Source: Macrostomum lignano
Taxonomy: Eukaryota
Assembly: GCA_002269645.1 (NCBI GenBank)
Contig: NIVC01000390.1
Span: 573,781-637,780 of the forward strand
DNA length: 64,000 nucleotides
Direction of reading: 5' to 3'
The notes beneath the pieces are model-generated. The model did no database searches. It was not told the DNA's origin and saw nothing but the letters and a program-made list of their open reading frames with translations. The position numbers and the translations under genes are program-made. Shown here piece after piece: positions 1 through 12,285 of the stretch; the first letter of the stretch is position 1; each line of letters starts with the position of its first letter.

Positions 1-1050
1 GCCAGCTGCGTGTCAGACTGGCTGGCCGCCAGCCAGCAGAAGATCTGCCCGGCCTGCAGGGCTCAGTCGCGCGGCCGTCCTCTGCGGCTGTTCTTCTCGG
101 CCGATGAGGGGCTGCCCTCCCTGCCTCACCAGCAGCAGCAGCAGCAGCAGTCAACGTTGGAGCAGCAGGAGCTGATGCTCATCCAAGAGGAGGAACGAGA
201 AGCTGAATTGCATCAAGTGATGCAGCTATTGCACATGGAACAGGTGAGAGAAACATTAAACAGTAAAAGCTTTGAGAAAGCATCTAAAGCAGCAGCGAAA
301 GCAGCTGAAGCAGCAACAATAGCAGCAGAAGCAGCAGCGAAAGCAGCTGAAGCAGCAACAATAGCAGCTAAAGCAGCAACAATAGCAGCAGAAGCAGCAG
401 CGAAAGCAGCTAAAGCAGCAACAATAGCAGCAGAAGCAGCAGCGAAAGCAGCTGAAGCAGCAACAATAGCAGCTAAAGCAGCAACAATAGCAGCAGAAGC
501 AGCAGCGAAAGCAGCTGAAGCAGCAACAATAGCAGCAGAAGCAGCAGCGAAAGCAGCTGAAGCAGCAACAATAGCAGCAGAAGCAGCAACAATGGCAGCA
601 GCGGAAGCATTAGAGTATTGCCTAAAAATTTCCTGAGACCGATACTTTTATAATTAACTGAATCAGTGGTTTTTTGCTACTAACAGTAGTACATGCAAAT
701 ATTCCACCGCTTCCTCTTGTCAGGAGCAGCGCCGTTTAGCTGAGCGCCAGTCGCGCGATGCGGAATGGCGCGCAACAGACGCGTCGCGCCAGCTGACCGA
801 AGCCAATCGGCGCTGCGACAACTTCAAGGAGCGGCTGGAGGAGGCCGAGACGGAGCTGGCCGCGGCTTGGCGACGCGTCTCCGAGCTGGAGGCTGCGGCG
901 AGGAACACGGCCGCGTCGCTGTCATCTCGGCAGGAGGTGGGCAGCGAGGAGAAGCTGCGCAGCGACCTGGCAAATCAGCAGGAGCAGAACCGGCTGCTGG
1001 CTATGGAGCTGGATCTAGTGTCCCGGACTCTGGCGCTGCAGTCTGGCTGA
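1..1050 (+). CDS. RING-H2 + coiled-coil protein, TRAIP-like E3 ligase (paralogue 1, 5' partial); exons <1-243 and 724-1050
   Basis: Exon 1 reads ...ASCVSDWLAASQQKICPACRAQSRGRPLRLFFS (end of a RING plus the RLFF motif). Phase-0 donor CAG|GTGAGA at 244, branch point CTACTAAC near 677, acceptor TTGTCAG at 723. Exon 2 is a heptad-rich coiled coil (EQRRLAERQSRD...ELDLVSRTLALQSG*), stop at 1048-1050. Confidence 0.8.
286..603. repeat. Intronic minisatellite, 21/42-bp unit GCAGCAGCGAAAGCAGCTGAAGCAGCAACAATAGCAGCAGAA
   Basis: Direct tandem copies inside intron 244-723. They produce the spurious Ala-rich tail of ORF 10..636. Confidence 0.9.
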
Positions 1051-1077
1051 GTGCTCATTCTGATTCCACTCCATAAG

Positions 1078-1682
1078 CCCTAATCCTTATGAGAATCGGT
1101 CCTAATCCTCATGAGAATCATCCCTAATCCTTATGAGAATCGGCCCTAATCCTTATGAGAATCATCCCTAATCCTCACGAGAATCATCCCTAATCCTTAT
1201 AAGAATCAGCCCTAATCCTTATGAGAATCAGCCCTAATCCTTATAAGAATCATCCCTAATCCTTATGAGAATCAGCCCTAATCCTTATGAGAATCAGCCC
1301 TAATCCTTAAAAGAATCATCCCTAATCCTTATGAGAATCAGCCCTAATCCTTATGAGAATCATCCCTAATCCTTATGAGAATCATCCCTAATCCTTATGA
1401 GAATCAGCCCTAATCCTTATGAGAATCAGCCCTAATCCTTATAAGAATCATCCCTAATCCTTATGAGAATCAGCCCTAATCCTTATGAGAATCAGCCCTA
1501 ATCCTTATGAGAATCATCCCTAATCCTTATGAGAATCAGCCCTAATCCTTATGAGAATCAGCCCTAATCCTTAATGGAAATCATCCCTAATCCTTATGAG
1601 AATCATCCCTAATCCTCACGAGAATCAGTCCTAATCCTTATGAGAATCATCCCTAATCCTCACGAGAATCAGTCCTAATCTT
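1078..1682. repeat. 22-bp minisatellite CCCTAATCCTTATGAGAATCA(G/T)
   Basis: About 27 tandem copies directly 3' of the RING gene 1 stop. Confidence 0.95.
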
Positions 1683-2184
1683 TATCTATACTAATACAAT
1701 GTAAAGAGGCGCCATGGAAACTCAAAATGTTAACCGATTCATACTGTGTTAATGCCAAATATTTATGCCGTGTACAGATGAGTGAGAAACGCGAACAATT
1801 AAAATATTTTTCTTCAATAGTACAAAGCCAGATATGCGGTGATCTTCTTTTTGGCTTTCAAAATTTGCTTAAACTGTTTCGCCATGAAAGTTTACTCGAA
1901 TGGAGATGAATTTTACATTTTCACGCTTAGGTTCTTAAAGAATTAACCAGATGATACTCGAACTTCTGTTGCCAAGCTGTTCTATACTTTTCGATTTGTT
2001 GGATTGTTTCTAGAGATGATATGCGTGTACAAACAAACCAAAACAGCTTTTATAATCTATGCCAATGCGATTTTCTGCTATTTTAATTCGGTTTAACAAT
2101 AAGTCCGCTTCAATGTATTGATTTCGTATTTCAACTGCAAATTATCGATCAGTGTTGTTTTATTTTTGTTTAAATTTTACTGCA

Positions 2185-2805
2185 AATTTCAGCTGGTGGG
2201 CTGACCAGATCCTCAGTTGCTGCGCCAGCCTCCCAGATCCTCAGTTGCTGCGCCAGCCTCCCAGATCCTCAGTTGCTGGATCAGCCTCCCAGATCCTCAG
2301 TTGCTGGATCAGCCTCCCAGATCCTCAGTTGCTGGGCCAGCCTTCCTGATCCCCAATTGCTGGGCCAGCCTTCCTGATCCCCAGTTGCTGGATCAGCCTC
2401 CCAGATCCTCAGTTGCTGGGCCAGCCTCCCAGATCCTCAGTTGCTGCGCCAGCCTCCCAGATCCTCAGTTGCTGGGCCAGCCTCCCAGATCCTCAGTTGC
2501 TGGGCCAGCCTCCCAGATCCTCAGTTGCTGGGCCAGCCTCCCAGATCCTCAGTTGCTGGATCAGCCTCCCAGATCCTCAGTTGCTGGATCAGCCTCCCAG
2601 ATCCTCAGTTGCTGGGCCAGCCTTCCTGATCCCCAATTGCTGGGCCAGCCTTCCTGATCCCCAGTTGCTGGATCAGCCTCCCAGATCCTCAGTTGCTGGG
2701 CCAGCCTCCCAGATCCTCAGTTGCTGGGCCAGCCTCCCAGATCCTCAGTTGCTGGATCAGCCTCCCAGATCCTCAGTTGCTGGGCCAGCCTCCCAGATCC
2801 TCAGC
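2185..2805. repeat. 28-bp minisatellite CCAGCCTCCCAGATCCTCAGTTGCTGGG
   Basis: Tandem copies. They explain the repetitive ORFs 2152-2912. Confidence 0.95.
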
Positions 2806-2865
2806 ACTTGCTCGGGCTGGCAGAACTGATCCAGTGCCCCAACAATCACCCGTTTATTCTCTCAG

Positions 2866-4254
2866 CTCACCGCGCCGCCCCCAACACTTCCAGGCGCCCA
2901 TTACCTGCCTGATCTGCCAGGGCGGCCTCAATGGCGACAGCATCTGCTCCGCTATGCCCGCCTGCGGCCACGTCTTCCACCGGACCTGCCTGGCCGCCTG
3001 GCTATCCTGCCGGGCCCGCCCAGCCATCTGTCCAGCCTGCAGGACGCCCGCCCCGTCACCCCCGCTCCGGTTGTACTTTTCAGCCGCCGGGGATGATGAG
3101 CAGAGCGACGGAGGCGAGGATGAGACGGCCGAGAGGAGCGCGCGAGAGCAGAGGGATCGTCGGGCTTCTGAGCAGCTAACGCGGGTTGGAGTTCCACTTC
3201 TAATTATTTGATATCGATAATTAGCGGCTAAATTTAAGGGCCTTAGGCCCGGATGCTGGGATGCCAAGACTCAATTGGGGAATGCTGAGGTGCCAAAGAT
3301 CAGTTGGGGAATGCTGAGGTGCCAAAGATCAGTTGGGGAATGCTGAGGTGCCAAAGATCAGTTGGGGAATGCTGAGGTGCCAAAGATCAGTTGGGGAATG
3401 CTGAGGTGCCAAAGATCAGTTGGGGAATGCTGAGGTGCCAAAGATCAGTTGGGGAATGCTGAGGTGCCAAAGATCAATTGGGGAATGCTGAGGTGCCAAA
3501 GATCAGTTGGGGAATGCTGAGGTGCCAAAGATCGATTGGGGAATGCTGAGGTGCCAACGATCAATTGGGGAATGTTGAGGTGCCAAAGATCAATTGGGGA
3601 ATGCTGAGGTGCCAATCTTAATGGGGGAATGCTGGGAGCGACTCAGCTGCCACAAGAAACAGGCCATTTATTCGTTAAAATTTTAACAAAACTTTTGTAG
3701 CAATAAATTTAGCTTTGCTTTTATCAGGCTACTTTCAGTAGGTTGCGCGCACATTCTATTTAGATTATTTTATTTTTACATGGATTTCATCTTAACCCCC
3801 CACCCTGCCCCTTCCCCGCCAGGCGCTTGGCGCGCTTCGCACAGAGGAGGCCGGGCGGCGCCTGCTGGAGCGCCAGCTGGCGTCAACACGGCGCCGCCTT
3901 GCCCAGGCCGAGGCCGACCTGGCGCTGGCTGACCAGCGCGCCGAGGCGAAAGTGGCTGGCCGGATTCGCGAGCTCGAATCCCTGCTGGAGGTGCTGCAAC
4001 CGGCCGCCACTACTGCCGCCACTGCCGCCATTTCAGACGAATCTCATGCCGTCGGATCGGTTCAACAGGCTCAGCAGGAGCAGCTGGGCCGCCTAGCCAA
4101 GGAGCTGGTGGTGCGGACTCTGTCATACACATCGGCGCCGCCTCATCAGTCTGGCAGGAGGCTGGCCCAGCAGCAGCAGCGATCGCGGCTTGCCATTCAC
4201 CGGGATCGGCGGTTTGGTAGCCGCGGACGAGGGGAGAGCGCTGATGAACACTGA
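2866..4254 (+). CDS. RING-H2 + coiled-coil protein, TRAIP-like E3 ligase (paralogue 2); exons 2866-3184 and 3823-4254, start exon not located
   Basis: Complete C3H2C3 RING: CLIC-x12-CGHVFHRTC-x12-CPAC, followed by PLRLYFS. Acceptor TTCTCTCAG at 2865, phase-0 donor at 3185, acceptor CCCCGCCAG at 3822. The next exon is a coiled coil (ALGALRTEEAGRRLLERQLAS...) ending at TGA 4254. Confidence 0.8.
3255..3630. repeat. Intronic 29-bp minisatellite GCTGAGGTGCCAAAGATCAGTTGGGGAAT
   Basis: About 12 tandem copies in intron 3185-3822. Confidence 0.95.
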
Positions 4255-4255
4255 G

Positions 4256-4880
4256 GTCCTGAGCTGCCAAGACTCGGGGGGGGGGTGCTGAGCTGCCAAG
4301 ACTCAGGGGGTGCTCAGCTGCCAAGAATCAGGGGGGGTGCTGAGCTGCCAAGACTCAGGGGGTGCTCAGCTGCCAAGACTCAGGGGGTGCTCAGCTGCCA
4401 AGAATCAGGGGGGGGGTGCTGAGCTTCCAAGACTCAGGGGTGCTCAGCTGCCAAGACTCAGAGAGGGGGTGCTGAGCTGCCAAGACTCAGGGGGTGCTCA
4501 GCTGCCAAGACTCAGAGAGGGGGTGCTGAGCTGCCAAGACTCAGGGGGTGCTCAGCTGCCAAGAATCAGGGGGGGGGTGCTGAGCTTCCAAGACTCAGGG
4601 GTGCTCAGCTGCCAAGACTCGGGGGGGGGGGTGCTGAGCTGTCAAGACTCAGGGGGGGGTGCTGAGCTGCCAAGACTCAGGGGGTGCTCAGCTGCCAAGA
4701 CTCAGAGAGGGGGTGCTGAGCTGCCAAGACTTAGGGGGTGCTCAGCTGCCAAGACTCAGGGGGGGGGGTGCTGAGCTGCCAAGACTCAGGGGGGGTGCTG
4801 AGTTGCCAAGACTCAGGGGGGGGGGTGCTGAGCTGCCAAGACTCAGGGGGGGTGGGGGTGCTGAGCTGTCAAGACTCAAT
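4256..4880. repeat. ~23-27-bp minisatellite GCTGAGCTGCCAAGACTCAGGGGG(G)nT
   Basis: Tandem copies with a variable G-run, starting right after the RING gene 2 stop. Confidence 0.95.
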
Positions 4881-5289
4881 GGCGCACGGCACCCCAGACC
4901 TTTCTACGTATCGTTAAGGATCACAAGAAGTTTTTGATTTGCACACGAAAATTAAAGTCGTTTTTTCTTACATATTTTATAGTATGCTTAATGGTTCCTT
5001 TAAAATCTGTGTAAAATTTTAAAGCTTGCTTTCCGCACCTTACAAAATTTCTATCGCTTTTTTTCTAATCGATCGATTCTTGGAAGTATTGGACTGAGAT
5101 TTGCCATCTGTCTTCTCCTTTCTGCTTGCGGCAACCTGTATTTCAGGTTTTTTGTATTTTGTACAAATATATATTTTTATATGTAGATTAAGTCCTGCAT
5201 TCAGTTATTCTTGTATATTAGCAGATCGAATTGCTGCTATAATTGCTTTTTGTTTGCATCATTTCCATTAATCACCACCCACCCATTTC

Positions 5290-5850
5290 TAGAATCGCCC
5301 TGGACCCGCTTAGAGTTGCCCTCGACACACTTTTAGAAACGCCCTCGACCCACTTAGAATCGCCCTCGACCCACTTAGAATTGCCTTCGACCCACTTAGA
5401 ATCGCCCTCGACCCACTCAGTTATCCTAGAATCAACCTCGACCCACTCAGTTATTCTAGAATCAACCTCGACCCACTCAGTTATTCTAGAATCAACCTCG
5501 ACCCACTTCTAGAATCAACCTCGACCCACTTCTAGAATCGCCCTCGACCCACTTCTAGAATCGCCCTCGACCCACTTCTAGAATCGCCCTCGACCCACTT
5601 CTAGAATCGCCCTCGACCCACTTAGAATCGCCCTCGACCCACTCAGTTCCTAGAATCAACCTCGACCCACTTCTAGAATCGCCCTCGACCCACTCAGTTA
5701 TCCTAGAATCAACCTCGACCCACTTCTAGAATCGCCCTCGACCCACTCAGTTATCCTAGAATCAACCTCGACCCACTTCTAGAATCGCCCTCGACCCACT
5801 CAGTTATCCTAGAATCAACCTCGACCCACTTCTAGAATCGCCTTCGACCG
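5290..5850. repeat. ~20-30-bp minisatellite TAGAATCGCCCTCGACCCACT(TC/CAGTTATCC)
   Basis: Tandem copies of two length variants. Confidence 0.9.
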
Positions 5851-6004
5851 ATATTTAAATTCGCCTTCTAACGAATTTTACTCTCGTAGAAGCACATTCT
5901 AGTGATGTAGAAGTTTTCCTTCAATTTTCGAAGCATCCTACTATAAGTACTTCAAGTAAAAATGCGCGCATTTTGTTATAAAAATTGTAATAACTCGATT
6001 CCAG

Positions 6005-6386
6005 GCAGGCTGCGCTAGCCAGACAATCCGCAACCCGCTGCAGCTGTACAGGCACTTGCTCAGATTGGTGCGCACCCTGCCGCCCGGCGCCAGGCCCTAC
6101 TATTCCAATTATATTCGCCAGGCCTACAACAGCCACTCGGACGAGACCGACCCGGATCGGGTTCGTCAGATTATCGACCGAGCTCTGCTGGATGCCGACT
6201 GGGTAGTGAAGAAGGTTAGCGGGGCTGTGTGTGCTGCTTGAGGGAGTTCTGATGAAGTTTTTAGCTGATAGGGGTAGGCAATGATATGCAGGTAGGCCAG
6301 ACACAGACACTAAGACAGACAATAAGACAGACAGACAGACATACAGACAGACAGACAGACAGACAATAAGACAGACAGACAGACAT

Positions 6387-6445
<59 letters not shown>

Positions 6446-6489
6446 CACTAAGACAGACAGACACTTTAGACACTAAGCTATAGACACTA

Positions 6490-6586
<97 letters not shown>

Positions 6587-6591
6587 CACTA

Positions 6592-6644
<53 letters not shown>

Positions 6645-6798
6645 CAGACAGACAGACAGACACACTAAGACAGACAGACAGACAGACACACTAAGACAGA
6701 CAGACAGACAGACAGACACACTAAGACAGACAGACAGACACATTGGATAAATGATTACGGTGTTACTGGACGGCTGCCGTTGCAATTCTCAGCAGTAA
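6005..6798 (+). CDS. LYRM9: LYR motif-containing protein 9 (start exon not located); exon 6005-6214 plus a short terminal exon 6793-6798
   Basis: [70 protein letters not shown] matches the LYRM9 pattern (PLQLYRxLLR ... HSDE.dPeR..qII.RA..DADW...K). Donor AAG|GTTAGC at 6215. Acceptor TTCTCAG at 6792 gives CAG TAA. Confidence 0.85.
6300..6742. repeat. (AGAC)n microsatellite in LYRM9 intron
   Basis: Direct tetranucleotide repeat. Confidence 0.95.
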
Positions 6799-6889
6799 AC
6801 AGCCTGATTGCCGCAGCCAACAGTGCACTCAGTACTTGCAACCCTCCCCCGCCGCTGCCTCAGTACGCCGCCCAGAAGCCGGCCGAGAA

Positions 6890-8318
<1,429 letters not shown>

Positions 8319-8390
8319 GCACCGCCTGCCGTGTGCATCCTCTGCCTTGTCCTAGTTTATATAGTGTGAGGCTTAAATAATAAGTATTAG

Positions 8391-8500
8391 GGGAATGGAT
8401 TGCTAATCTAGCCAACGTCGATATGATGAAGGAATAGAATGGATTGCTAATCTAGCCTACTTCATTTATAATGGAATAGAATGAATTGCTAATCTAGCTA
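8391..8500. repeat. Three diverged copies of GGAATAGAATGGATTGCTAATCTAGC (period 42-44 bp)
   Basis: Core TGCTAATCTAG at 8401, 8445 and 8487. The same core builds the 41-bp satellite at 39662-40715. Confidence 0.75.
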
Positions 8501-8809
8501 AGATTAGATTGGTAATCAAGGTAAATAATAAATCATCCGAGTATCTTCTTGCTAATGTGGAGCAAACAGTGCTAATCAATCAATCGATCAATAAACGCAA
8601 ATAAATAAGCAATGCTTTTCGTGTCATTCAAAGCTTGTTTCATTTGTTAAAATGCGCTCTTATTGTTTAAATATACTCTATTCTGATCTGATTTAAGTTT
8701 TGTGTCTGGTGTCAGGCCTCAAGTGAAAAGGAATCAGTCAGTTGTTTTATTATTTGAATTTCGTCTAGATTTTATACACAAAATAAAACAAAACAAAACA
8801 AAATACATG

Positions 8810-10535
8810 AAACTACGGGTTCGATCCTCCAGTGTCGGCGGCTGGAGAACACGATGGCCACGGTTTTAGGCTCAGATAGCGTGAGACCGCAGCTGAGCGC
8901 CCAGCTCTCGACACGGTAGGTGAAAGCTTGGTGGGAAGAGGTCTCTTAGGCCACAGTGGCGGTATCGTCCGCATGGCCGACCTTTTGAACCGGGTCCGGG
9001 TACGGGCTGCTGAGGACTCCACCTGTATGTACCTCCACAGAGCGGGAGTGTCTCAGGAGGTGCGAGGTGGCAGTACGATGGGAGACCATGTACATGATCC
9101 AGCGAGTGAGGTGCTCAAAAAGCGCATTATTGAAAGCACCATCAATGCCGAGGAAAAGCGAGAGCGCGTATCCACTGCCGAGTACGGCGCGCTCCAGCTT
9201 GTCGGCAATGGCATGCAGCGCGCCTTCGATGAAACGTCTAGGTGTTCCATCAGTTTGAGGAAGACGTCAGACTGATAGGGCGGTAAGCTTTGGCAAAATG
9301 ATAGTCTCCCTTCCCTGGTTTGGGTATAAAGACTACCGTGGCCCTCTTGCCAGGCCTTGGGCACGTACCCGAGGGTAATGCTGGCCTTGAAGAGGTTGCA
9401 GAGGAGCCGGGAAACCTGTCATTTTTAACTGCCTCGCGGAGGAAGGCAGGATAAATATTGTCAGGTCCCTGTGACTTGAAGGTAGAGAAGGATTTTGCGG
9501 CGGGAGCCGTCCTCTCTCTGGTAATGATGGTCGAAGCCAGGATCTGTCCAACCGGACAGTGGTCCGGTGGGCCTAGCTGCGGTGCGGCACATGGGAAAGA
9601 GATGGTGAGCATGATGTCCAGCGATTCCCCGGGGTTCTCAGCGAGCCGGCCGTCCGGTTTTTTAATGACTGAGAGCTTTGACATTTTGTCGAGGGTGAGA
9701 GCCTTAACCACGCGTGAAGTAGGGCGGGTGCCTTCTAACTCCGCGCAGTATTGGCGCCACTTGTCGGACTTGGCTTTCCTGGTTTCACGCTTAAAGTCGC
9801 GGATCGCGTCCTGATAAGCGGCCAGGTCAGCTGGGTCCTTGATCTTGCGAGTTTTCCGTTGGAGGCACTTTGCTTTGCGCCGGAGGGATCCAAGTGCCAG
9901 GTGCCACCAAGGGCGGATTTTTTGCCTTTGTAGGCCTTAGAGGACAGGAGACCTCGTGGGCTGTCAGGACGGTCTTGCTGAGCAAGTCTGCAAGGTCATC
10001 CACTTTCTGACAGGAGGTAGAAACGACGGTGGTCAGCTTGATCTGTCTGGCATTTCAGGGTTTCCGCGAAGGCCGTCCAGATCAGGTGTTCAAGTGTTCC
10101 GGACGTTCCTTTTCCGTAGGATGTTAGACTTGGGGCGAGAGGATTGCAAGAGGAAGCGAACGAAGCGATGGTCAGACAGAGACTCCTCTTCGTCCCAAAC
10201 CTCCCAGTCCCTGACCAAAGGAGCCAAACCGTGGGAGACTAGGGTCACGTCGTCCGTCCATCGCCCGTTGCCGAAGGTGGGGGTTCCACCTATGCTGCGA
10301 AACTCAGTACGTATTGGTGGTGTACATGCAGATGTAAGCAAGGAGTTACTTGCCTCTGCTGTTGGAGGCATTGCTGCCACAGTGAGTGTGGTGGGCCGTT
10401 AATGTCGCCCGCCACCAGCAGATCAAACCTGCGGTTAGAGCAGTAGTCCATGAGGGAGGTGAGGTTAGGGAGGTTCGCTTCCCTCGGGTTCTCCCTCTTT
10501 CTGCCCTCAGAAGGTGCTTGGTATTGGTATATACC
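8810..10535 (-). mobile_element. Degenerate non-LTR retrotransposon (LINE) fragment: APE endonuclease + reverse transcriptase, R1/LOA/I-like group; truncated at both ends
   Basis: Minus-strand pieces: LLVAGD(I)N(A)HH, PTFGNG...SLSDHRFVRF (APE endonuclease); FKSQGPDNIYPAFL, VVFIPKPGKGDYHFAKAYRPISLTS, GGVLS, GHADD (YADD equivalent), WALSCGLTLSEPKTVAIVF (RT). Many frameshifts and internal deletions. Confidence 0.9.
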
Positions 10536-10631
10536 ATGATTTTTTATTTTTGTCAAGACATACTTTAATACAATATACAATATGGCCAGACAGAATCATA
10601 GTCCAGATTTTAACTCAATCCATCTTCCATC

Positions 10632-10710
10632 ATCTTAGCCCAGATCTTAGCCCAGATATTAGCCCAGATCTTAGCCCAGATCTTAGTCCAGACCTTAACA
10701 CAATCTTAGC
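10632..10710. repeat. 12-bp repeat CTTAGCCCAGAT
   Basis: About 5-6 tandem copies. Confidence 0.8.
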
Positions 10711-11015
10711 CGCCAGAGCAGCCCCGAGCGAGCTCAACTCGAGCTTCCAGGAACCGATCAGCGCCAGCCCAGCTGTGCCTGGGTTGGAAAATCCAGCTAT
10801 TTTTGTGCCATAATGCCGCAGTGTGCAACGGCAGCTCCCAACCCCCCTCCCCTCCGTAGCCCTCTGCACTGATTCTCGCCAATATCTCAGCCGTATCTCT
10901 CACTGCTGCTGCTAGCTGCTCATATCTGAGTGCTTACGGGTGCTCAGCAGAGCTACAGGCTTACCGCTGCTCTCCGCCTACGCTGCCGTTCCGGAGGGCG
11001 ACCGGCTGCCGCCTC

Positions 11016-11089
11016 GGGAATTCCTAGGCGCCTGCGGCTTTTCCAATGCCTCGAACGGATCGTCCGCCGGAGCGGGCAGCGCTATAAAA
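11016..11089 (+). promoter_or_regulatory. Candidate core promoter of cytokine-like gene A: kB-like site, CCAAT, TATA
   Basis: GGGAATTCCT at 11016-11025, CCAAT at 11043-11047, TATAAAA at 11083-11089, 88 bp before ATG 11177. Confidence 0.4.
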
Positions 11090-11176
11090 TCACAGCTGAA
11101 AGAACTTCCCCTCAAGCAATTATAAGTCCTCTTCTAAAAGCAGAAATTAATTCAAGCAAGCATTAATATTGAAACA

Positions 11177-12144
11177 ATGCTTTCCGAAGGAAAGTTCTTT
11201 GTTATGCTCTGCCTCGCCGTCTCGCTCGCCTCTGCTCAACCTGCTGGCCGCGCAAGACCAGCAGCGAGCAACTTGGAGCTGGCAAAGAAGCACCTGACTC
11301 ACGCTGCGGATGGGCTGCAAGCCTACGTCGAGAGCATCAGATTGGTTCGCCTGCTGAACAAGTCCATCAGTTCGTCTCTGATCGACTTCTCTGAACTGCT
11401 GCCATCTGGTGCCAGCCTACGTACTCAGCTGCACCGATTTCTGCTCATTGTTAAGCGTCTGGAGAGTCAGGAGGAGCCGCATGAGACTGGGTGAGTCTTC
11501 AGCTGCCGCTTTCTGTGATTTGTTGAGCTCCTTTCTGAAAGGTGCAAATCACTCTCTGGTTGCTTCAGGGAGACCGTAATTGCTTTAGGGAAACTCTAAC
11601 TGCTTTAGGGAAACTCAAATTACTTCAGGGAAACTCTAATTGCTTCAGGGAAACTCAAATTACTTCAGGGAAACTCTAATTGCTTCTGGGAAACTCTAAT
11701 TGCTTCTGGGAAACTCTAATTGCTTCTGGGAAACTCTAATTGCTTCTGGGAAACTCTAATTGCTTCTGGGAAACTCTAACTGCTTTAGGGAAACTCTAAT
11801 TGCTTCAGGGAAACTCAAATTACTTCAGAGAAACTCAAATTGCTTCAGGGACATAGGAGAACTACCTACTCTATAAAATCGCACTCAATCCACTGCCACT
11901 ACTATTGCCATTACCCAGGTGGCTGAACCGGCTGGAATACATCAGGCAGAACGTGGCGCAAGCCTTCGACTACGTAGGAAGCCACTTTAATGACGCGGCA
12001 GCCGCCCCGCTGAGCGCCCAGCTACCAGACCGCCTGCTGCCGCCGGTGCCGCACAAGCAGCGAGAACGTCGGTATATGCGAGACTATGTTGTGATTGACT
12101 GGCTGCACAAGCAGGTCATGCGGTCAATTCAAGAGCTCGGTTGA
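11177..12144 (+). CDS. Secreted four-helix-bundle cytokine-like protein A (CNTF/IL-6-family-like), 179 aa; exons 11177-11490 and 11919-12144
   Basis: Signal peptide MLSEGKFFVMLCLAVSLASA. Phase-2 intron GG|GTGAGT...TTACCCAG|G. Amphipathic segments LELAKKHLTHAADGLQAYV, QLHRFLLIVKRLESQE, WLNRLEYIRQNVAQAFDY and RDYVVIDWLHKQVMRSIQEL. AATAAA at 12178. Confidence 0.7.
11561..11850. repeat. Intronic 20-bp minisatellite TGCTTC(T/A)GGGAAACTCTAAT carrying TTCNNNGAA
   Basis: About 14 copies in the intron of cytokine-like gene A; 10 of them contain TTCN3GAA. Confidence 0.9.
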
Positions 12145-12285
12145 CCTAGTTTCAATTGAGTACATATTTGTAAAAAAAATAAATTCTATATTATAAATAT
12201 CATAAATATACGTCAGAATCTACTTGTAAAATGCTGAATTGAAAAAAATCGCAAGCCTTAATCATTATTTCTTTGATAAACTTTT

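Noticed and set aside
244-636. Ala-rich antifreeze/tropomyosin-like tail of ORF 10..636
   Set aside because: It lies after a consensus donor at 244 and is a translated intronic minisatellite. The spliced coiled-coil exon at 724 is in phase.
1078-1682. CCCTAA telomere hexamer in each 22-bp unit
   Set aside because: There is one hexamer per unit and no (CCCTAA)n run, so it is not evidence of a telomere or fusion site.
8391-8500. Repeat-spacer-repeat pattern resembling a mini CRISPR array
   Set aside because: Eukaryotic context, only three units, ~17-nt linkers and no cas genes. The same core forms an ordinary satellite at 39662-40715.
8817-8830. GGTTCGATCC resembling a tRNA/Pol III B box
   Set aside because: It is the antisense of LINE RT coding sequence (WRIEP). 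There is no A box or cloverleaf.
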